From positions 1,364,001-1,428,000 of the forward strand of contig JBLDXI010000032.1 in assembly GCA_047495785.1 (NCBI GenBank): a stretch of DNA of 64,000 bases. The letters run 5' to 3'. Positions 50,798-64,000 of the stretch are shown in pieces (position 1 is the stretch's first letter; each line of letters opens with the position of its first letter). Source of the stretch: Lepidodermella squamata (Eukaryota > Animalia > Gastrotricha). The position numbers and the translations under genes are program-made. The notes under the pieces were generated by a model. That model saw only the letters and a program-made list of their open reading frames with translations. It was not told the origin of the DNA and made no database searches.

Positions 50798-51485
50798 CTG
50801 TTAACGAATCAGGTAAATTATATGTTCATTAATATATATGATATAGGAGCAAGAGAATGCATAATGCAAAGTTGATTTTTGCGAATTCAATGACATTGTT
50901 TTTACACCGGACACCTGAAGCCGGTAGCTAAACTGTTCTAAAATGCATGACTTCTTCAAGGCACTATTTTTGCCTCAATGCACAAAACAGCGTTTTTTTA
51001 ACGAAATGAGATGCTGATATGCCAACAAGCTGAAATGATATTCAAAGAATGAAGGGATAAACGAATAAGCGATGTAGGTCGGCATCCTGCGACAGGCTGA
51101 CTCTAAGTAGCTGACACAAAGCTCGTCAGATCTACGCCGCCCCACAGCGAAAAGCAGCGCCAAGAAAACTTTGATTTTCGAAAAAGACACATATTACTTT
51201 GCTGAATATCTGTTATCATTTTTTTAAATTATCTTCGCTGACTGGCTGCAAATGTATTTTTCCTAGATACTCAAACTTGTCTTAGCAACGCGCGTCGTTC
51301 TCCATGCATTCGATGTATTTCCTTTCAACCCAAGCCGCAACTGTGCACATTTATGATGATTTGTTAGCCATCTCGGTTCAATACTATCGCATGAGAAAGT
51401 GCTTCGAGTTTTCGCAATTCGAGTTTTATTTGCAAAACAGTGATTTATTATCTGTTTGTTAGGCGTTATCTGGTAAATTTTCACC

Positions 51486-54400
51486 ATGGCCGAAGAGTCT
51501 ACCGAAGTTCCGCCGGTTGAGGAAGCAACAGAGGAAGTGGCCGGTGATGCGGATATTGAAGGAAATGAAGAGGAAACTCCAGCTGGCGAAGTTGCCGGGG
51601 AAGCTGATTTGAATATTGAAGGCGAACCAACTGAAACTCCTATTGAGCCTGGTGCGCTTACATTTTATTATTATCAATTTCATTACTTTTTCCTTTTTCT
51701 ATTTAATCGAATAGATCAAGAAGTGATGGATCAGGGAGACCAAACTCAGTTTTCTGCTGATGAAAGTGCTCAAGAATATGATCAAGCACCAGGAATGCAA
51801 GGTGATGATGCTGGAGAAGAGGTTGACATCAATATGTCTGGGGTATGTTTTTCATTAACTGTATCCTTCACTGCCTTTCGAACCTCTTGAAGAAAACTGC
51901 AGACTGAACTTTCCTTTCTATAACTTCTATAACTTAATAGAGCGAGGAGACTGATGAAGACCTTTTAGATGAAGCTGTATGTATAAGACATCCGATTTAT
52001 TTATCCTTCAATATGTTGAGCCTTCTTGTTTTGCTTAATTTAATAAGTTTTTATGTTTATGCTGACAGTTTGATCACAGCATTTGTTCGCATTGCCTTAT
52101 GCCATCAACTTATTAATCGCTGCATTGTGATTATAGGAAAGAGTTTCCCGAGCAAGCAAGAAAGCTGAGAAAGCTGCTCAACGCGAGGCCGCTGCCCAGG
52201 CTCATGCAAAGTTGTTGGCATCGCCTGTTACAGCCAAGTTCATGCTGACAGCCGATGGAAGGCAGCAGACGTTGACTTTTGCTTGCACCCTTGGTCAGTC
52301 AATCGGAGGGCTTCGGAGTTATTTTGCTGAAGAAATGCGGCTGCTTCCTGGCATGATTTTGATCTTTCACAACGGCGTGTTACTTGACGATGAATCTTCG
52401 CTTTACGATCTTGGTGCGCAGCCTAATGGAACGATCGAGCTTGAACTTAAGTCCTCTGATCCCGAAGTTATTCCACTGCGACTTTTCCGCCCCGCCGAGG
52501 AGCAAAACATGCGCGATGTCATCACTGTAAAGGTCCAGCTTGAAGGTGGTGCGTATAAAGACATGATTGTAGAAATCGAACGGCAAAACGTTCATAAGCC
52601 ATTCCTTGGTGGCTTTAAAAACAAATTAAACGGTATCGAATACCACAACGCCAGCATGCAGACAATCCGCAAACCACGCCCACCACCCCGTTATATCCAA
52701 TTCTGCCGCGACGCTCAAACTGTAGAAATGAAAAATCTCGTCCAGCAAACAACACAAGATATGTCAACTCAAATGACGGGCGTCGGGATTTTCGTGTCAA
52801 ACGAGAAAGACAAATTGATTATACCGAAGAAATATCAAACTGCCGATCAAAGATTGACCAATATCGTCCAGAAAGTCATCGTAATTCAAAAGCAGTGGCG
52901 GAAATGGCTTGCTAAGCGGAAGGTTGAGAAGATTCGTCTCGAGATGAAGAAACGTATCGAGTATGAGCGGTATGAGGAGGAGCGGAAAATTAAAGAGCGT
53001 GAAGAGCGGCTTCGTAAAGAGTACGAGCGGCGGATGAATCCCCGAACAAAAGAAGACTTTGACCTTCTCTACCAATATCTTGAGAGTAAAATATGCAATT
53101 ACTAATTCGAATTGGTTTTTACGATTTTCAATTTCAGGATGGAAGCAAGAGGAAATTGCGATTATTGACACTGAATTGGAAGGCGCCGAGCGAAAAGCTG
53201 CCCTATGTCGGTTGTTAGATCGGGAAACAGAACTTTTGGCAACAGTTGATCGGCACAAATTGGCTGCAGCTAAGGAAACTAAAAACAGGACTATATTGAA
53301 CTTCCTCGACAAAGCAGCTGCGTCGAAACGATGGCGGGGCCATGACGGCAAACCAACTGAAATGGATACACCTTACACTATTCGAGCGCGAGAATTACGC
53401 AACATTTACGCTACGCTGAACATGCGATATTTGACCCAGGACGAAAGATTGGACGTACTTCTAACAACAAAACACACCGTTAAGGTAAAATCGTGTGTCA
53501 ATTTTTAAACTAATTATTTATTTTTGATGATTTTAAAAGAGGATTGTTAAAAAGGTTAAAATTGTCTAGTAAACATTTGTGGAAATTTGTAGCTGCCTTG
53601 CATGATTGTTCGACGAAATCCTTTAGCTTCAAACACAAAATGCATGCATTTTTATTATATTAGAAACATTCTAATTTTTCTGCTGTTTTTTCAGGAATTT
53701 GATTGCAAATTGACCCGCGAGATCATTTCTTTGATCGATCGCGAGGCTGATTTGTTGCTGCGAGGTGTTCCTGAGAACACGCTGGACGGTCTTCGTCAAC
53801 GCATTTCAACGTTGTTCTTACAATTCGTGAAAACGCCAACTTTCAACCCGGAAATCGCTCGTTATTTGAAGGTTCCGCAAGATCCGTCCATTCTCAAGCA
53901 CAACATTTATTTCTGTTCGAGCTGTTCGCGTTATTTACCATCTAACGAATTTGACTTGACGTCACACTCGCGTAAGGTCGGTAGATGCCGGCAATGCATG
54001 CGGCTGGACAATATTGCTAGGGCTCGGCAAGATTTTGTCTACTATCGAAATATTTTGTCCGAGTTACAACGCAGTGAAGAATTGTACGAAGACGATTCGC
54101 AAGTTGCTTTCGCGATTCAAGAGGCCGATGTGCGGTATTTGGTCGATAATATTTGGGGCGGCCACAGCGCCTTATCCGGCTGGGACGAAATGACTGATTT
54201 AATCCTAGTTCGATGGGACAAACGCTACCACTGGACACCCTGGAATTCGGTGTTGCTAACTCGAGACGAAGCTCGGGCTCATCTTAAAGTCGAGTATTTA
54301 AACGAAGTTTACGGCAAGACGTTGCGGCAAACAATTCAGGCGAAACACACCGAGGCTAAGCATCATTTTTCGCGTTTAGTTGGCCTAGATAATAAGTTGA

Positions 54401-54537
54401 ACAAACTCAGCGCGAATAATTCGTCGCGGCCGAAATCGTCGTCGTCCAGCCCTCAGCCGACTCTTAGCGACGGGTCGAAATTGCCGAAGCTGGCGCCGTC
54501 GTCGAAAACACAGTCTGCGGTCAACGTTTCTGTTTGA
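51486..54537 (+). CDS. IQUB: IQ motif and ubiquitin-like domain protein (multi-exon)
   Basis: Acidic N-terminus, ubiquitin-like segment, KPFLGGF..GIEYHNA, IQ motif IQKQWRKWLAKR, NPRTKEDFDLLY, WTPWNSVLLT. Confidence 0.93.
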
Positions 54538-55417
54538 TTTATTTCGTGAGAAAATAATTACCACGCAAACCGAACCCCGTTTTCGTTGCCACGATTAGCG
54601 CAAATTTATATTTTTTGCCTGGAATTTGATTTTTGTCTAAAATATCGAATATTAATATCTGATTCATGCTTTTATAAATAAACTGTTGAGATGAACTGAG
54701 ATTCGACACGTAACACTGGTGAAAAATAGGCGTTTGCAAGTTATTCTTTTAGGATTTATTGTGCAGCTGTTTTTTTCTCACCATCATAAAGGCATCACAA
54801 AAAGTTTCACGCAAACGAAAAAGGCGACTTCAGATCGACCTTGTGAAAGCAAAAGATTAAACCATTACCTATCAACTATTTTCTACATTTTCTACGGCAT
54901 AATTAGAGCAATGAAGCGAAGCTCCATATTTTCACCCGATAAAATGAACCGAAAACATGGAACAAGGAACTCCTCAAGCTAATTTTACTACAGCCGAGCC
55001 AGTAAAAATTGCATCCATTTACTGTACTATAGCTGCCGATCGTCACCATCAAGCACCATAAACTTTTGTACATCGATTCGTTTGAATCTATGGTGAAATT
55101 TCATCTCACAATTCATTATTTTTAATTTTTCAATTTTCATCGATGCAGAATATTTTAGGCGGCACATCCAACTTTTCGCCGGCTGAACTGTTGCTTCAAC
55201 TAATTACTTGAATTCTGCGTCAATTTCTTTTCACTACTTATATTCGAATGCAAATTCCATCTTCCCGATAAGACTGCAAATCTCCTACGTTTCTTCGTGA
55301 AAATGAAGATGATGGGTTAATCAAGGCTTTTAAGGCAAATTTAATTAAACTCTTTTACAATTCATTTTTATTGAATAAAAATAACGGTTGAGAAAAGACA
55401 CTGATGCAACAACTTGT

Positions 55418-55433
55418 GGCCCTGAAAAGGGCC
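55418..55433 (-). promoter_or_regulatory. Histone 3' stem-loop (H2B)
   Basis: GGCCCT-TTTC-AGGGCC on the minus strand downstream of the stop. Confidence 0.95.
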
Positions 55434-55478
55434 GGTTCGGAGCATGAAGACGCTGTTGTGGTCTTCGAAGTAGACAGC

Positions 55479-55853
55479 TTATTTCGAGCTGGTGTACTTG
55501 GTGACGGCCTTGGTGCCTTCCGAGACGGCGTGCTTAGCAAGCTCACCAGGCAGCAGGAGACGAACAGCCGTTTGTACCTCTCGACTGCTGATTGTGGCCT
55601 TCTTGTTGTAGTGGGCCAGGCGCGACGACTCGAGGGCGATGCGCTCGAAAATGTCGTTGACGAACGAGTTCATGATGGCCATAGCCTTGCCGGAGATGCC
55701 GGTGTCAGGGTGAACCTGCTTCAACACCTTGTAGATGTAGATGTTGTACGACTCGCGGCGGCGATGGCGCTTTTTCTTCTCACCAGCGGTCTTAGGCTTG
55801 GCGGCCTTCTTCGAACCCTTCGATGCAACTTTACCAGTGACTTTGGGCGACAT
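55479..55853 (-). CDS. H2B: Histone H2B
   Basis: Canonical [16 protein letters not shown]...AVTKYTSSK. Confidence 0.99.
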   Translation of the reverse strand: MSPKVTGKVASKGSKKAAKPKTAGEKKKRHRRRESYNIYIYKVLKQVHPDTGISGKAMAIMNSFVNDIFERIALESSRLAHYNKKATISSREVQTAVRLLLPGELAKHAVSEGTKAVTKYTSSK

Positions 55854-56227
55854 TATCGATGATGATTGATTTTAGCAAGGTGAAAATGCGTGTATTTACT
55901 AGCTTTTCCGAACAGTGTTTGTGAAAAACGTGAAACATTATACGTTGCAAGTGGCATTAGTGCGACAGAATTAACGCGCGCACGTTTGTTTGTTTTTATT
56001 ACATCCGGCGCGCGCACTTTCAACCAATCATAAATGTGCATAATTGTAGTGAGCGCGTGCCTTGATTGTTTATTGGCTGTTAATGTCATAAACAATAAAT
56101 TTGAATTTCCCGCCTCTCGCTAATGCCACTGCGGGGTATTTAAACGAAATTTTTCACTTTTTTTCTTGTTCGTGCTCTGTTAGAAATTTGAATTTCCTAC
56201 TTTCGCTTATCAACATCATCACCAATA
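55854..56227. promoter_or_regulatory. Bidirectional H2A/H2B promoter
   Basis: CCAAT boxes on both strands and TATA-like boxes each preceded by CTAATGCCACT. Confidence 0.7.
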
Positions 56228-56671
56228 ATGTCTGCTCCAGCTGCTGGTCGTGGTAAGGGTGGCAAGGCTAACCGCCAGAAGTCAAAGACCAAGTCATCTC
56301 GCGCCGGTCTTCAATTCCCGGTCGGTCGTATCACCCGTCTTTTGAAGCGCGGTAATTACGCCGAGCGTGTCGGCGCGGGTGCACCTGTGTACCTCGCCGC
56401 CGTCATGGAGTACCTGGCTGCTGAAGTCCTCGAGTTGGCCGGAAACGCCGCTCGTGACAACAAGAAGACCCGCATCGTGCCTCGCCACATCCAACTGGCG
56501 ATCCGCAACGACGAGGAGTTGAACAGGCTGCTGTCGCACGTTACGATTGCTCAAGGCGGTGTTCTGCCCAACATCCAGACCGTCCTGCTGCCCAAGAAAA
56601 CGGCCGATGCACCCGCTGCTAAGCCGGCTTCTGGTGGCAAGAAGAAGGCCGCCGCTAGCCAATCGCAATAA
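56228..56671 (+). CDS. H2A: Histone H2A with extended N- and C-terminal tails
   Basis: [12 protein letters not shown]...[10 protein letters not shown]. Confidence 0.99.
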   Translation: MSAPAAGRGKGGKANRQKSKTKSSRAGLQFPVGRITRLLKRGNYAERVGAGAPVYLAAVMEYLAAEVLELAGNAARDNKKTRIVPRHIQLAIRNDEELNRLLSHVTIAQGGVLPNIQTVLLPKKTADAPAAKPASGGKKKAAASQSQ

Positions 56672-56709
56672 ACGACACTCCATCCGCAGCTTTTCAATAA
56701 GCATGAACC

Positions 56710-56725
56710 GGCCCTTTTCAGGGCC
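56710..56725 (+). promoter_or_regulatory. Histone 3' stem-loop (H2A)
   Basis: GGCCCT-TTTC-AGGGCC. Confidence 0.95.
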
Positions 56726-57021
56726 ACAAGTTGTTGCAACAGTGTTACCACCTCGGTTTTGTTTTTAATGAGAATAAAATAACATGCTATTTCGGTTTCA
56801 GTTCTCCTGTCAGCAGCTGTGGTGAAAAACAGTACCTTAATTGCAATAAATTTTCGAAAAAGAAAGTTTGCTTTTACTCCTTTTATTGATGAAAACTGAA
56901 AAGATGAACAAGTGAGATCTCTTCATTGAAACGATCAACGAAACAAACAACAAAAATCACAGCTTGGATAATTTATGACATCAAATTTGAGAATTTTTCT
57001 CTCGAAAACAGTCATCAATAA

Positions 57022-59280
<2,259 letters not shown>

Positions 59281-59909
59281 TTCTTACCGCCTGAAGCTTA
59301 AAGTTAGGCACGTATTGATGTGTATCTAGTGAAGATCGGGGTTTTCTTTGCAAGTTTCAGGTGTCGTAAGAAACCAAGTTACGTTTACGTGCCGTTCTTA
59401 CTCTACCTCGACACCTGGATCACAGAGTTGAAAGAAAGAATTAGGATGACAATAACATTGCTAAGGACGCTTCACTCAAGGAATGTTTTTATGACACCCA
59501 CTATCTTTGGCAAAATTATAACAAATTATTTTTATTATAATCAAAGTATATTAGTTTATAATCTTTTAACTAAAATACACGGTTCGTCAAAATTACAGTT
59601 CAAAACAAAGCGCGGGAAATTTTTAATCATGCGGGTTCGCAGTTTTCGAAAAGAATCTTGTCGCCGACTCAGTGAGAAAGTTGGTGTGATTGAAACTCTG
59701 CTGCCAGTTAGAAGCCACCGGTTAAGCTATCTCTCGCACGGCTGAACCCGGTCAGTTAACTGTGCGAAGCTGTCGTACTCGTTTTCACCTTTTTCGAAGT
59801 AAAATAAAACCAAACTAAATAACTCGTTGCTTTCTAGGTCAAAGAACAGATTAGCTGACTATGAACTGTAATATTATATCATTTTGATTTTCCAGTTTTT
59901 GTATCATAG

Positions 59910-62900
59910 ATGATCAAGAGATCGTGGAGAGTTACGTTAATCCCTTTCGGTCGAATTCGTACTTCACTCCAGCCAAAATGCTTTCACAGCTGTCTAGCGA
60001 CAGCGGATGACTCAGACGTATTGGCTTCTCTGCAGCGAGCAAATTCTACAAATGCTGCTGTTCAGTTGCTTGTTTCTCAATATGAGTCGACTCGTGACAC
60101 CGCAGTGAAACGTACGCTAGATAGGATGGACAGCTTTCTGGTGAAAGGAAATGGCGACAGTGCTACGAAAGTCCAGTCTCTACCTACATTTTCTCAGAGC
60201 CTTGTAACTGACTTCTATAAAGATTTAAACACCGTGCCCTGGCTGCAATATCACTCGCCACCAATATCATTCATTCAATTCATTTTGAATGACGCTACCG
60301 GATTCTATCTTGATCCAGTCTCATCCAGCACACAAATGAGTCTCTTGGGTCAATTGTCTGAACAAATGGCCAGCGAACTCGACGTGCTGAATCTTTCCAT
60401 TGTGTTGCATAACTTACTGCTTCTTGGACTACCAAAATCTCACCAACTCGTCCGTCATTTCTACGATCGAATTAACGCAATGAGTTGGGATGATTCCGCA
60501 CTTTCAGATGAAACAAAATTGCAGTTATTTGGCGAAATCGGCAAAATAAATAGGTTGATGGGTACCAGAGCTAGTGAAGAAATCAGATCTGTAATTCAGC
60601 ATCTCTCATTGACTGTGCAAAATAAAGTCAAAGGCCCTAAATCCGATTTGAATCTAGCGGGTGTTACGTCTCTTCTTTCGATTTTAAGCAGCCGAATGGC
60701 CTTGAACACTCACGATGAGATGGGGATTGGTCGGCTGGCGTTAAATTTCTTGCGAGATCGCTGTGGAAACGAGCAATTATCTCCGAGATTTTTTAGCCTA
60801 CTGTTCGCTTGGCTTTCTCAATATCGTGGCTCTTCACTGAACAACGTTCTTGATTCAGTAGAGTTACCCCGGCGGCAGCTGCTGGATTACATTTACCAAG
60901 GTCTTTCGCCATTATCCAAATCGTTGAGTGACGTCGAAATCGCAGAGGTTGTGAGTGAACTGAAGCGGGCACATTGCTACCCTGGTAGACTGCGCTCTGA
61001 GTTATCAACTCGAGCCCTGTTGCTTTGTTCGGGCTCGTTCGGCCGTCCGCTGGATATACGACTGCTATCGAATTCATTCTACGCTCTCGATCATACGTGC
61101 GATCCGAACTTGATTCGATTTTTCACAGATAAATTCGCCGACCACCTGGATAATGCCGATGTTTTGCTGATTTCAAATATCGCCGAAAATTTACAGCACG
61201 TTCAACGATGTGTTTCGCCTGAATTTCGCGACCTGTTCTTGACTCATGTCGAACGACTATCGCCGGGAATTGTATCTCACATGACCCGACTCGGTCGAGT
61301 TCTTCAATTTTTGGAATCAATCCAGCCATTGGTAATTTTTTTTTAAAATATGGAGTAATTTATTAATGCCTTGACTTTTAGGACATTCCACCTAATTTCA
61401 ACTACCGGTTTTGTACTTCGCTCATTGAGCAACTATCAAAGCACGAGTCACGCCGATTACCTTGCCAAATGATTTTCCCATATTTGATCACAAACTTCGC
61501 GCATAATTTACCGGAATCTTTGTACCAACGATTGCTGGCTATTCTACCACAGTTTAAGCTAGCGGCCCTGGAAAAATTGCTCAAAGCTATTCGAAGCGCT
61601 CCTGTTTCTGAACGATCGCTTCGATTGAACAGCTCATCACGACCTCGTTCGCCTAGTAAGCCGAGCTCTAACTCGAATAACTCGTCAAAAGGCGGCTATC
61701 ATAACCTGAAAGCTGTGAGATCAGCTGTCTATCGCCGAGTTTCTGAGCTGGTGGAGTCGAAACAGTTGTCAGCCGACGAAACAAAGACTCTATCAATCGG
61801 CCAGCTGTTTCGAACTGCTCGAATCCTCCTTAAACAGGGCGTATCTGCCGGCGAGGAGGCTAAAGCTCGCGGAGTTTGGCCGTTTGCTTCTGTGATGGAA
61901 TCGCTATCGAAAAGCGTCGATGAAATTTCGCCAACCTATGCTTACCAGTTGTCAGATTTACTACTCGGTGGCTCTTATTTCAACGAATCTTTGCTGCAAA
62001 GACTTGAGGAATTCATTACAAATGGCGCAACCCCAGCTTCAGATATCGAATTACCGTTAATTTTGAATATTTTACGAGCTATGGCGGCTGTTGGCTACGA
62101 ACCTTGTGATTCAGTGTTGCTTGGCAATTCAGTCAGCGATGCGGTGATGAAGCAGTCGGCGGCGAATTCTAATGAAAATAACGCAGCTGTTTTAGCCACC
62201 CTTCGAATCGGTTACCAATTGTCGGTTATGCAGTGCTATCCACCTAAATTGTTGGCTCATATCTTCAGCCCTCAATTTCTCGATCAAATCGATCAGCTAT
62301 TGGTTGAAACTTCGGCTGGCTTATCGAGCTCGATTTCCTCATCCTATCGACAGCAATCGCCTCGAGCTACAAGGAACCGCAGAATTCACCTGCCGAATAA
62401 CAATAATTACAGCATTGGAAGTCTACACGACCATATTCGTGAGACACTGATGCGCCTTAATCGAGCTGTTGTCCTCGAATGTCAAGATGTGACGTTTAAC
62501 GGGGTCGATTCGATTCCCTGGTTCCATGGAAAATACCGAACCTCAACCGGGAGAAATTCTCAGCAAACATCAAGTCGAGAATGGGCCTTCAAGGAGCAAG
62601 TTGAAAACTACGTGACGCAGATTGTTTCAACCAGGAGCGACTATTTCCTATTAACCGATCAATTAACCCCGTTTTACCACTGGATTGATTTTGAATTAAT
62701 GCCAGTTTCCGACAACGCGCACATCACTCCGGTGAAATTTCCGTCGGTTAAGGTGGATAAACCAATAGCTGTTTTGCTGCTGTCTCACCGCCAATTTGTG
62801 TCGTCAATCAAAGATTCGCCTCACCCGACTCGCCTTCGAGGTTCGGTCAAACAAGTCATGCGACAGGTTGAAATGCTGGGCTATCGATTGGTAACTCTGA

Positions 62901-62986
62901 GCCCTAATCAGTGGGCCGCTTTTGAGACTAATAAAAACGAAACACCGATTCAAACTCGGTTGGAGCAGATGCTGTTTGGGAAGTGA
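59910..62986 (+). CDS. FAST kinase domain/RAP domain mitochondrial RNA-binding protein (2 exons, intron approx. 61332-61381)
   Basis: Basic N-terminal presequence-like segment, helical repeats, FAST_1-like YPPKLLAHIFSPQFL, RAP-like RQVEMLGYRLVTLSPNQW. Confidence 0.8.
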
Positions 62987-63376
62987 AGATGACGCTGACG
63001 TTGGTGAAGGGGTGCTCAATTTTAGAATAATTCTTTGTACAAATTCGAGTGATATAAATTTGTTGAGTTTATTGTTGTTTCAAACGATATTTTTAATTTT
63101 CAAGTAAATAAAACAGATCCAAGATAGTTTTCAATTTCATGCGCAAATAAAAAAAAACTTAAAATTTAAATTTTAAGGTGGAATTTTCTTAAACATTTTT
63201 GAATTATTTTGAGATGAAATGATTTTATGAAACCACTATTTTGGTTGAAAAATATCAAGTCCTATAAAACTTGAATTTTTCAGGTGATTATTCATCAGCA
63301 TTTTCGCAAGAATTCGGGCCAAATTTGTTAAAAATAATTTGATTATCAATTTCCATAGAATTTAATTTTAATTGTG

Positions 63377-64000
63377 ATGGAGACTAGCGGCGGGACGTCT
63401 TCATCAGTGACAACTTTCGAGCGAGTCGTCGATTTGCTGAACGATGCTGCTCTCGAAACCGATACCGAGAAGAAAGTTCTTCAACTTCATCAAGTCCAAG
63501 AGCTTATCGTCCACAAGGAGCCGAATTTACTCGACAATTTCTTGGACGAAATGCTAGCCTTCCAGTCCGATCAGGAAGCCGAGGTGCGAAAACTCATTGC
63601 TGGCTTCATTGAAGACGCGTTAAATGCGGACGAAGAGACAATTCCGAAGGTTTTAACCAGCTTAATGATGCTGTTGAGTGATCAAGCCGTTTCAGTTTCT
63701 AAACGCGCGATTCTAACAGCAGGCGCTGTTTTCGCGAAAACTTTCAAATGGCTAGCAACCTCGCGTAACTGCTCTGAAATGATGAAAGAGTGCTGGTCGG
63801 CGGTTAATAAAATGAAAAAGTCGATTTGCGACCGGATGGAGAGTGAAAATGAGGGCGTTAAAGCGCATATAATTCGGTATATTGAGTCGTTAATTCTATG
63901 CCTATCGCGGCCTGCGCCGAATCAAGCGGCGAATGACCAAGATTCGAAGCAAGATTCGAAACAAGACCAGCCCGCCGAGGTTTTATCGCTCGATTTAGTC
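63377..64000 (+). CDS. SYMPK: Symplekin, 5' part (runs off the window; not in the ORF track)
   Basis: Manual translation gives TTFERVVDLLNDAAL...QVQELIVHKEPNLLDNFLDEMLAFQSD..AEVRK..GFIE. Confidence 0.93.
   Translation, partial: METSGGTSSSVTTFERVVDLLNDAALETDTEKKVLQLHQVQELIVHKEPNLLDNFLDEMLAFQSDQEAEVRKLIAGFIEDALNADEETIPKVLTSLMMLLSDQAVSVSKRAILTAGAVFAKTFKWLATSRNCSEMMKECWSAVNKMKKSICDRMESENEGVKAHIIRYIESLILCLSRPAPNQAANDQDSKQDSKQDQPAEVLSLDLV

Overview
This is eukaryotic (invertebrate animal) DNA from a compact genome: most introns are about 45-60 nt and genes are tightly packed. From left to right it holds a PDGFR/VEGFR-like receptor tyrosine kinase with an intronic tRNA-Arg(CCG), four tandem SLC18B1-like MFS transporters, HAUS5, FBXO47-like, a fifth SLC18B1 copy from a segmental duplication, a NEK-like kinase fused to ankyrin repeats, an orphan GPCR, TM9SF3, EXOSC2, IQUB, a divergent H2B/H2A pair, KIF3A, a FASTK/RAP protein and the start of symplekin. 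The most striking feature is about 2.8 kb of positive-strand RNA virus replicase (alpha/noda-type capping enzyme followed by RdRp motifs F and A). It replaces the centre of a Mutator-like transposon inside HAUS5 intron 1, antisense to the host gene. Also notable are a kinase-ankyrin gene whose DNA-homogenised repeats vary almost only at the DARPin binding positions, an operon/trans-splicing-like gene layout, and non-canonical elements shared by both histone genes. All family calls come from motif recognition by eye; no database search was run and the organism is not identified.
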